Below, in pieces: positions 50,424 to 58,828 of a DNA stretch of 58,828 bases. A program made the position numbers and the translations under genes. The stretch covers positions 1 to 58,828 of the forward strand of contig PKUF01000106.1 in the NCBI GenBank assembly GCA_002869635.1, given 5' to 3'. Within the stretch, counting starts at the first letter, position 1. Every line of letters begins with the position of its first letter. This DNA is from Desulfuromonas sp. (lineage in GTDB: Bacteria > Desulfobacterota > Desulfuromonadia > Desulfuromonadales > BM515). The notes beneath the pieces were generated by a model that ran no database searches, had not been told where the DNA came from, and saw only the letters and a program-made list of their open reading frames with translations.

Positions 50424-50440
50424 TGGGGCATATTGCCCCA
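50424..50440. promoter_or_regulatory. Perfect palindrome TGGGGCA-TAT-TGCCCCA, a candidate enhancer (UAS) for the adjacent NtrC-type activator
   Basis: Seen directly, about 60-75 nt upstream of the -24/-12 element. No U-tract follows, so it is not a good terminator. Confidence 0.4.
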
Positions 50441-50499
50441 GACGAGGCAGCGCGCCCCGCCCCACACGATGACAACCTCCTGTTTTAAGGCCTTTTCTT

Positions 50500-50514
50500 T
50501 GGCACACCGTTTGC
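50500..50514 (+). promoter_or_regulatory. Sigma-54 (-24/-12) promoter
   Basis: TGGCAC-ACCGT-TTGC matches the TGGCAC-N5-TTGC consensus exactly. It lies 37 nt upstream of the receiver gene start. Confidence 0.75.
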
Positions 50515-50550
50515 CTTTACAACACGGTAGACCCGAAACAGGAGGCCCAC

Positions 50551-50987
50551 GTGATAGAGCCAGCCGCACCACCCGATCCACCCCGCATCCTCCTCGCTGA
50601 AGACGACCGTGAACTGCGGGATCTTCTTGCCTTCTCTCTCTTTCGCGCCGGCTACGCCGTCGCCCATTGCAGCAACGGGCTTGAGCTTCTCGAAAAACTC
50701 GACCCTGCCGCGCCAAGCGAGGACGCCCCCTACGCTCTGGTGTTAACCGACCTGCGGATGCCGGCGTTGACCGGACTCGAAGTTCTTGAAGCTCTCCACG
50801 ACCTCCCGGACCGTCCGCCGTTTATCTGCATGACCGCCTTCGGCGACCCCGAAACCCATGCCTTGGCGGCCCGTCTCGGCGCCCTCTGCACCGTCGATAA
50901 ACCGTTTCGCATCGAAGAACTGATGACTCTGATCGACCGGCAATGCCGGCCACATATTTTTTCTCCTACAACAGCAAGGAGTCTGTC

Positions 50988-50991
<4 letters not shown>
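50551..50991 (+). CDS. Stand-alone response-regulator receiver protein
   Basis: GTG start preceded by AGGAGG. ILLAEDD, VLTDLRMPALTG, CMTAF and VDKPF (complete D-D-D-T-K set). Confidence 0.8.
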
Positions 50992-52454
<1,463 letters not shown>

Positions 52455-52465
52455 AATTCACAACA

Positions 52466-52505
52466 AGCAAAGAGCGGGGTCGTTACCGACCTCGCTCTTT
52501 GCTTT
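52466..52505 (+). terminator. Hairpin downstream of htrA
   Basis: AGCAAAGAGCG..CGCTCTTTGCT is an 11-bp stem. The U-tract is weak. Confidence 0.5.
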
Positions 52506-52522
52506 ACGGACAAGGAGAGACC

Positions 52523-53275
52523 ATGCATGCAGTTATCCTGAACAATGATCAGTCGTTTCCGCAGGAGAGACTCCAGGAACTCGCCGCTTTGCTGCAGCTC
52601 ACTCTCTTTGATCTACGACAGCGTCTCTACACCACAGGCCCCGTCGTCGTCGCCCGTTTTGCAGCAGAAGAGATGGCACGGGAGCGCCTGCAGGCTCTCC
52701 TTACTGCCGGCTTTTCCGGCTTTGCTATCGACTCCTCGGCCCTCGATGACATCCCCTGCCTCCTCCCCCGCTCTCTCTGCTTCACCCCGGAAGAGCTCAC
52801 GCTGTCCTTGCAAAACGACGAGCAGCTCAATCTCCCTTACCTTCAGCTCGACGCCCTGATCGTCGCCACCCGTTCAATCGGTCAGAACCAGTTCATCACA
52901 ACAACCCAACGCAGCTTCAGCCTCGGCAAAACATTAATGGCCGGGGGAATTCCGATGACGAAGAAAAAGGTGACCAAAGAGCAAGTGGCCGAGGAAGGAC
53001 AGGAGCGGGTGCTCTATCTCGCTAGCGGAGAGAAGAGGCTTCTGTTCCGGGAGCAGGGGATGAGCTATGAAGGACTTGGGGAAGATATGAAACCGACACG
53101 GGAGCAGAACTTCACGACGCTGCTGAGCCGGTTGCGCAGACGCGCTCCCAACGCAGCCTACGACGAACGCCTGCTCACCAAGGCAATGCTTAACCGCCTG
53201 CTCGGACCGCTCCCCAATCCACAGGAGCATCTGCGACTTGCGGCAGAGATTCTGGTCCGCAGCCTCACACCCTGA
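52523..53275 (+). CDS. Hypothetical protein
   Basis: A 250-aa ORF with AAGGAGAGACC before the ATG at 52523. No recognisable domain. Confidence 0.55.
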   Translation: MHAVILNNDQSFPQERLQELAALLQLTLFDLRQRLYTTGPVVVARFAAEEMARERLQALLTAGFSGFAIDSSALDDIPCLLPRSLCFTPEELTLSLQNDEQLNLPYLQLDALIVATRSIGQNQFITTTQRSFSLGKTLMAGGIPMTKKKVTKEQVAEEGQERVLYLASGEKRLLFREQGMSYEGLGEDMKPTREQNFTTLLSRLRRRAPNAAYDERLLTKAMLNRLLGPLPNPQEHLRLAAEILVRSLTP

Positions 53276-53287
53276 ACAACCGGAGGG

Positions 53288-53809
53288 TTAGTTTAGCACC
53301 TGAACCTTGAGTTGCTGCCGTCCCCATTCGAGCGCTTCTTCATGTGAACCGAAGTAGGCGTCGATCCGCTTGATCCCCTTGATTGCCGAGCCGCGATCCT
53401 CAACCACCCCGTAACCGTAGCCGGGAATGTGGATTCGGGTACCAAAGGGATAATACTTGGTATCGGCGGCGAGCGTCCCGTCGCGGGAGAACCAGAGCCA
53501 AGGAAAAACCAGCCGCACCGGAAGCATCCACGGCCGATTCAACGTATCGAGGGTGAAGAGACCGGGACGGGGCGGATGCGGATCGGTACCGCTGGCAGTC
53601 AGCCCGGAATAGAGTTGCCCTTTCTGGGAGCTGCCGGTGTTGTAGCGGTTCCAGAAGTCGAGTTTGAGATATTTCCAGCTCCCCCTCTCCCAGCCACAGC
53701 AGTGGCCACAGTTGCAGTAGCCGGTCACCTCCATCGGGATTTCGGGCCGGGCAGCGCAGCTGCAGAGGGTTAGGAGTAACAGCAGAAGCGGCACAGTTCT
53801 GAGGGTCAT
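53288..53809 (-). CDS. 3D-domain (MltA/RlpA-like fold) lipoprotein
   Basis: MTLRTVPLLLLLLTLCSC lipobox. C-terminal FGTRIHIPGYGYGVVEDRGSAIKG.RIDAYF is a 3D-domain signature. GGAGG precedes the ATG at 53809. Confidence 0.75.
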   Translation of the reverse strand: MTLRTVPLLLLLLTLCSCAARPEIPMEVTGYCNCGHCCGWERGSWKYLKLDFWNRYNTGSSQKGQLYSGLTASGTDPHPPRPGLFTLDTLNRPWMLPVRLVFPWLWFSRDGTLAADTKYYPFGTRIHIPGYGYGVVEDRGSAIKGIKRIDAYFGSHEEALEWGRQQLKVQVLN

Positions 53810-53952
53810 CAAAGCCTCCGACACAGGGTCTCAAAAACGCCCTTACTATGCCCTATATGAGCCGGCAAATCCACCCCGACAGCGCAACACCTTCCCCCAG
53901 GCCACCGATTGCCGTATAATCCCTCCATTCTATCTGTTGGAGTTGCTGCCCC

Positions 53953-54144
53953 ATGTCTGAATCGAGTCCGTGGATCTGCCACGTTTGTGACCAGCGTTTT
54001 TATAACGGCGAAGGAGAAGCCTGCGAGCGCTGCTACAAAACCACCTGTCCCTCTCACCTGAAGAAGGGGATGGTCCGCAACCCCGAGAGCGGTCTTTATG
54101 AACCACAAAACATCTGCGCCATCTGCGCCGCCGGTCTCGGCTGA
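53953..54144 (+). CDS. Small Cys-rich (zinc-ribbon-like) protein
   Basis: A 63-aa ORF with CHVC..CERC..C..H..CAIC. A TATAAT at 53915-53920 lies upstream. Confidence 0.5.
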   Translation: MSESSPWICHVCDQRFYNGEGEACERCYKTTCPSHLKKGMVRNPESGLYEPQNICAICAAGLG

Positions 54145-54160
54145 AACAGGAGTATTCCCC

Positions 54161-55087
54161 ATGCCTTCCTCTCTGATCGGTATCGATCTCGACCAACCCC
54201 GCCTTGAAGGGTTTCGTGCCTTTATCCGGGCTTGGCTCTATCGCCACGGCGATTCCACCCTGCTCGTCGACCCCGGTCCCCTCTCGACCATTCCCTATCT
54301 ATTGGGCGAATTGCGCCGGCACGGGGTGGAGCGGCTCGACACCATCCTCCTCACCCATATTCATATCGACCACGCCGGCGGCACCGGGGCTCTGCTTGAA
54401 TCCTATCCGCAGGCAAAGGTCCTCTGCCATCCCGACGGCATCCGTCATTTGGTGGCACCGCAAAAGCTCTGGGAGGGATCACGCAAGGTTCTCGGCGAGC
54501 TGGCAGAGATCTACGGCGAGATCCGCCCGGTGCCGCAGGAAAGCATCTTCTTTGACGAAACCGTGGGGGAGACCGGAGGTGAGGTTTATCTCACCCCCGG
54601 ACATGCGCCGCATCACCTCTGTTTTCGCTTTGGCGACCTCCTCTTCGCCGGCGAAGTCGCGGGTGTGAGTTCAGCGGTCTCTGAGGGGATCTACATGCGC
54701 CCGGCGACTCCGCCCCGTTTCAATCTCGAGGTGGCCCTCGCCTCTCTCGACAAGGTCATCGCCCTGGCGCCAAAGCGGCTCGCACTGGCTCATCACGGGC
54801 TGGTGGAACCAGCGACGACCTGGCTCGACATCGCCCGGCAACAGTTTCAGCTCTGGGTCAAGGGGGTCGCGAGCTGTGCCGACACGGCCCCTGACGTGAG
54901 GGAGGAAACAACCCGCCAGTGGCTGCTGCAACACGATCCCCACTTCGCCCTCGGGGCGCAGCTCCCCGCCGACATTGCGGTCCGCGAGAACTATTTTCTC
55001 GGCAACACCCTGCGCGGCATGTTCGACTATGTTGACAGCCTTGAGCCTGCCGCCCGGAAGCAACTCGCAACCTTGACGATCGACTGA
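54161..55087 (+). CDS. MBL-fold metallo-hydrolase
   Basis: LLTHIHIDHAGG (HxHxDH) and a later LTPGHAPHH. Confidence 0.85.
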   Translation: MPSSLIGIDLDQPRLEGFRAFIRAWLYRHGDSTLLVDPGPLSTIPYLLGELRRHGVERLDTILLTHIHIDHAGGTGALLESYPQAKVLCHPDGIRHLVAPQKLWEGSRKVLGELAEIYGEIRPVPQESIFFDETVGETGGEVYLTPGHAPHHLCFRFGDLLFAGEVAGVSSAVSEGIYMRPATPPRFNLEVALASLDKVIALAPKRLALAHHGLVEPATTWLDIARQQFQLWVKGVASCADTAPDVREETTRQWLLQHDPHFALGAQLPADIAVRENYFLGNTLRGMFDYVDSLEPAARKQLATLTID

Positions 55088-55107
55088 AACGGCCCACAGC
55101 ACGAACC

Positions 55108-55145
55108 AAGCGGGCGCCTCCCATGGGGGCGCCCGCTTCTTTTCT
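55108..55145. terminator. Bidirectional terminator between the MBL hydrolase and the P-type ATPase
   Basis: AAGCGGGCGCC..GGCGCCCGCTT followed by CTTTTCT. Confidence 0.75.
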
Positions 55146-55159
55146 GGGGGGGACGGATA

Positions 55160-57823
55160 TCAACGCCCGAAAAGGCGCTGGTAGAGTTCGGCGATGGCCG
55201 CAAAAAGGAGAGTCGCACCAGCAAGCAGGGAGAGGTCGCCAAGGGGCAGCGAAACGATCCCGAAGAGGGGCGCCAGCGGCGTGTACATCAACAGCCCCTG
55301 CAACAGAAGAGAGAGAAGCGCCGCGCCCCAGACCCAGCGGTTGGCGAGAAACGGCACCCCGTAACCGCTGCGGATGACAAAGATCAGCACCACCTCGTAG
55401 AGGACAACAAAGTTAAAAACCAACGTCCGCGCCCTCAGCAACGCCTCTCCCTCGCCGGTGGCACCACCGGTGGCAGCAAAGAGAAGAAGCGCCAGAGCTG
55501 TCCCAACGATGCCGAGAAAGAGGAGTAGCCGCAGTTTAACAACCGGGAGGATCCCCTCGTTGCGCGGTTTGGGGAGGCGGCGCATGATGGTGTGACCGTA
55601 GGGATCGACGCTGTAGGCGATGGCCGGGGCGCCATCAGTCACCATGTTGATCCAGAGCAGAAGAATGGCGGTGAGCGGGAGGTTAAGGCCGAAAAGAACG
55701 GCGAGAAAGATGATCAGCACCTCACCGAGATTTCCTGAAAGCAGGAGCATGATCGACTTCTGGATGTTGTCGTAGATCCCCCGGCCCTCTTCGACGGCGG
55801 CGACGATATGAGCGAAGCTGTCGTCGAGCAAGACGAAGTCGGCCGCCTCCTTGGCGACCTCGGTGCCGCTCCCCACCGCCACCCCGATGTTCGCCTGTTT
55901 CAACGCCGGGGCATCGTTAACCCCGTCGCCGGTCATGGCGACGGTATGGCCAAGATGTTGCAGCGCCTCGACGATCCGTAGCTTGTGCTCCGGTGCCACC
56001 CGCGAGAAGATCGTCACCCCCTGCAGCAGCCGCTGCCGCAGATCGGCACTCTCCATCGTCTCGAGCTCGGCCCCGCTTAAGCTCTCCCCCTCAATTCCGA
56101 CCTCGCGAGCGATGGCGCTCGCCGTCGCCCCGTAGTCACCGGTGATCATCAGCACCTGAATCCCCGCTTCCTTGGCCGTCCGCAACGCGGCTGCCACCTC
56201 GGGGCGGGGGGGATCACTCATGGCGACAAGACCGAGGAAGGTCAGACCCACCTCTTCTGGTTCCGACGCCTCGGGTGTCAGGCGCCGCAGTGCCAACGCC
56301 AGCACCCGCTCGGCGCCGGCGGCGTAGGCGCTGTTCTGCGCTGTAATCGCATCACGCCACCGTTCATCGAGTGGCACCTCCCCCTGCGGGGTCAGAATGT
56401 TGCTGCAGCGCAGGAAGATCTGATCCGGCGCCCCCTTGCAGAAGAGGAGCGGTTCACCGTCGAGCGTTCCGGCGACACTCATCCGCTTGCGCCGCGAATC
56501 GAAAGGGCGCTCGAAGCGACGCTCAAACCGATCGGTCACCCCGGCCTTGGCAGCGGCAACCAGCAGAGCTGCCTCGGTCGGATCGCCGCTGATCCGCCAC
56601 AGCCCCTCCTCTTCATAGAGCGAAGCGTTGTTGCAGGCAAGGAGGCAGAAGAGGAGATAGGGCGGGGCCTCCCCCTGCATCTCCCCCTGTGGGGTGTAGC
56701 CGCTGCCGCTGAACACCGTCTCGCCGAAAGCACTCCAGAGGTGCCTCACGGTCATCGCCCCGGCGGTGATCGTCCCGGTTTTGTCACTACAGATGACATC
56801 ACAGCTCCCCAGCGTCTCCACCGAGGCGAGATTGCGCACCAACGCCTTTTTCGCCAGAAGCCGCTTGACACCGATGCTCAAGGCGATGGTCACCACCGCC
56901 GGCAGGGCAGTCGGCACCGCCGCTACCGCCAGACTGATGGCGACAAAGGCAAAGGCGATGACCGCCTCGAGACTGAGATCTCCGGCAGCATAGGCACGGG
57001 CAAAACAGAGGAGAAAGACAATGATACAGATGGCGATGATCCCGACACCGAGTTGGCGGCCGAAACGGTCAAGGCGCCGCTGCAACGGCGTCGGCTCGCT
57101 GCTCGTCTGACGCAGCAGAGCCGCGATCTTCCCCAACTCCGTCGCCATCCCGGTAGCGATCACGATGCCCGTTCCATTGCCGGTGGCGACTGTGGTGGCG
57201 GAGAAGACAAGATGCCTCTGTTCCCCCAACGGCGCTCCTTCTGGCGACAGCTTCGTCGATTTCTCCACCGGCAGGCTCTCGCCGGTCAACAGCGACTCCT
57301 CGACTTTAAGCTGCACCGCCGAGACCAGTCGAGCATCTGCCGCCACCTTCTCTCCCGCCTCGATGAGGAGCAGGTCGCCTGGGACCACTTCACTCGCGGC
57401 GATCCGCCTCTTCTGCCCCCCCCGCAGAACTGTCGCCTGCTGGGTGCTGATCCGCTGCAGGGCTTCGAGGGAACGCTGGGCCCCAAGTTCCTGGACAAAA
57501 CCGATAATGGCGTTGCCAAGGAGGATCACCAAAATGATCAGGGTATCGACATACTCACCGATCAGGAGCGAGACGACCACCGCCACCAGCAGGATGTAGA
57601 TGATGAAGCTTTTGAACTGATCGATAAAGATCCGCCAAGGGTGAATGGTGGTGGCGGTCTCAAGCAGATTGGGTCCGTTCTGCTCCAGGCGCTGCTGCGC
57701 CTCGGTGGCACCCAGACCGCCTCGGGGAATGGAGAAATGGCGGTAGAGGGCGTCGCTGTCGAGTCGAGAGAGATCCATCCGCACCTCATCAGGTTCATCG
57801 TGAACAACTCTTTTCTCAATCAT
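55160..57823 (-). CDS. Cation-transporting P-type ATPase (P2-type, Ca2+/Mg2+/Na+-like)
   Basis: Cation_ATPase_N-like start, TGES, the phosphorylation site ICSDKTGTITAG, MITGD and GDGVNDAPALKQA. About 10 TM. Confidence 0.93.
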   Translation of the reverse strand: MIEKRVVHDEPDEVRMDLSRLDSDALYRHFSIPRGGLGATEAQQRLEQNGPNLLETATTIHPWRIFIDQFKSFIIYILLVAVVVSLLIGEYVDTLIILVILLGNAIIGFVQELGAQRSLEALQRISTQQATVLRGGQKRRIAASEVVPGDLLLIEAGEKVAADARLVSAVQLKVEESLLTGESLPVEKSTKLSPEGAPLGEQRHLVFSATTVATGNGTGIVIATGMATELGKIAALLRQTSSEPTPLQRRLDRFGRQLGVGIIAICIIVFLLCFARAYAAGDLSLEAVIAFAFVAISLAVAAVPTALPAVVTIALSIGVKRLLAKKALVRNLASVETLGSCDVICSDKTGTITAGAMTVRHLWSAFGETVFSGSGYTPQGEMQGEAPPYLLFCLLACNNASLYEEEGLWRISGDPTEAALLVAAAKAGVTDRFERRFERPFDSRRKRMSVAGTLDGEPLLFCKGAPDQIFLRCSNILTPQGEVPLDERWRDAITAQNSAYAAGAERVLALALRRLTPEASEPEEVGLTFLGLVAMSDPPRPEVAAALRTAKEAGIQVLMITGDYGATASAIAREVGIEGESLSGAELETMESADLRQRLLQGVTIFSRVAPEHKLRIVEALQHLGHTVAMTGDGVNDAPALKQANIGVAVGSGTEVAKEAADFVLLDDSFAHIVAAVEEGRGIYDNIQKSIMLLLSGNLGEVLIIFLAVLFGLNLPLTAILLLWINMVTDGAPAIAYSVDPYGHTIMRRLPKPRNEGILPVVKLRLLLFLGIVGTALALLLFAATGGATGEGEALLRARTLVFNFVVLYEVVLIFVIRSGYGVPFLANRWVWGAALLSLLLQGLLMYTPLAPLFGIVSLPLGDLSLLAGATLLFAAIAELYQRLFGR

Positions 57824-57898
57824 ACCCGCTGGCAGCGATTTTCCCAGCCCGCGCTTTGCCGTTGACAGAGTGGGGTGAAGGGGTTAAGGGTAGAGGCC

Positions 57899-58828
57899 AT
57901 GTCCGGATTTCACCTCCATTTCAGCAACCGCAGTGAAGAGCTCGCCGACGCCCTGGCCGAACTGTTGCACCGACCTCTCGGAACACCGCTGCAGCCGGAG
58001 ACGGTGGTCGTGCAGAGCCGAGGCATGGAGCGCTGGCTCGCCCTCGGGATGGCGCAGCGGCTCGGGATCTGGGCCAACGTCGACACCCCATTTCCCAACG
58101 CCATGGTCGACCGTTTCTTCAACGCTGTCCTCCCCGACGCGACCCCGGCCTTGCAACTACAACCGGAGAACCTCACCTTTTCCTTGATGCAACGGCTCCC
58201 CGAGCTGCTGACAAACCCCGTCTTTGCACCCTTGCGACCCTATCTCGCGGCGGATGACGGTAGCAATCTGCGCCTCTACCAGCTCTGCCGGCGCCTCGCC
58301 GACCTCTTTGACCAGTACACCGTCTTTCGGCCCGAGCTGATCCTCGCCTGGGATGCGGGGGAGGAACGTGATGACTGGCAGGCCGCGCTCTGGCATGCGG
58401 TCAACCCCGGCGGCGTCCTGCCACACCGCGCCGCATTGCGACAGGCGTTTTTTGAACGCCTCGAAAAAGGAGAGTTCAACCACCAGTCTCTCCCCGAGCG
58501 AATCTCCCTCTTCGGGATATCGACGCTGCCGCCGCTGCACCTGCAGGTCTTTCTCGCCATGGCGCGTCACTGCGAGATCCACCTCTTTCTTCTCAATCCC
58601 TGCCGCCACTACTGGAGTGACATCCTCTCGCAGCGCGAACAGCTGCGGCGGCAGGAGACGAGCGGGAGCGACGTCGAGACGCTCCATCTCGACGAGGGAC
58701 ACCCTCTGCTCGCCAGCCTCGGCCAGAGCGGTCGCAGCTTTCTGCGGCAGCTCGACGCGCTGGATGACTTCACCCCGCAGGAGCGCTATGTCGATCCCGG
58801 ATGTGCCTCCCTGCTAACAACCTTGCAA
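57899..58828 (+). CDS. recC: Exodeoxyribonuclease V gamma subunit (RecC), 5' fragment running off the window. It is NOT present in the supplied ORF track.
   Basis: My own translation of frame 2 from ATG 57899 gives 310 codons with no stop: MSGFHLHFSNRSEELADALAELL..VVVQSRGMERWL..LADLFDQYTVFRPELI..WQAALWHAV..ISLFGISTLPP..LFLLNPCRHYWSDI..HPLLASLGQSGR. These parallel E. coli RecC landmarks LVQSTGMAQWL, AADLFDQYLVYRPDW, CGISALPP and NPCRYYWGDI. Confidence 0.9.
   Translation, partial: MSGFHLHFSNRSEELADALAELLHRPLGTPLQPETVVVQSRGMERWLALGMAQRLGIWANVDTPFPNAMVDRFFNAVLPDATPALQLQPENLTFSLMQRLPELLTNPVFAPLRPYLAADDGSNLRLYQLCRRLADLFDQYTVFRPELILAWDAGEERDDWQAALWHAVNPGGVLPHRAALRQAFFERLEKGEFNHQSLPERISLFGISTLPPLHLQVFLAMARHCEIHLFLLNPCRHYWSDILSQREQLRRQETSGSDVETLHLDEGHPLLASLGQSGRSFLRQLDALDDFTPQERYVDPGCASLLTTLQ

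Noticed and set aside
56741-57865. A 374-aa ORF antisense to the P-type ATPase.
   Set aside because: A shadow ORF. The minus strand carries DKTGT, TGES and GDGVNDAPAL in the correct order.

Overview
58.8-kb chromosomal window. Gene content and order suggest a Desulfuromonadales-type (Geobacter/Desulfuromonas/Pelobacter-like) deltaproteobacterium: trxA, sirC, a ccsA-like gene, hemA-hemC-cobA/hemD ... hemB, CIRCE-groESL, a c3/c7-type multiheme cytochrome, and many PAS/GAF/sigma-54 signalling genes. The taxon is inference only.

The left ~13 kb is accessory. It holds the 3' part of a giant repeat-rich surface protein, a truncated IS3-family element, and a visibly AT-richer block. That block carries a FIST protein, two paralogous orphan histidine kinases, and a TPR-sulfotransferase / beta-barrel OMP / half-size PBP operon.

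The remaining ~45 kb is mostly housekeeping:
- a tetraheme cytochrome, a DUF523/DUF1722 protein, and an MBOAT + AlgJ/X-like O-acyltransferase pair
- rsgA, an MCP and a CheY-PilZ protein
- recD, rarA, and a tightly packed nadK-recN-nucleotidase-nfo-dtd-yjgA operon
- trxA and the heme cluster, which is interrupted by a hybrid kinase
- a DUF507 pair, groESL, and an NtrB/NtrC-type pair next to a sigma-54 promoter driving a receiver-DegP operon
- a 3D-domain lipoprotein, an MBL hydrolase and a P-type ATPase
- a 5' recC fragment that is absent from the supplied ORF track

I did not recognise any rRNA, tRNA, CRISPR array or canonical defence system.

The most checkable oddities are:
1. The MCP reading frame is broken at a C9 tract, which strands a DFEKF-ending tail in the next frame.
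2. The low-GC signalling/sulfotransferase island lies next to the IS remnant.
3. A predicted sigma-54-dependent envelope-protease module.
4. The repeat architecture of the surface protein.

I see no clear-cut, self-evident novel system. The sulfotransferase-OMP-PBP operon with its orphan kinases is the best candidate for an undescribed module.
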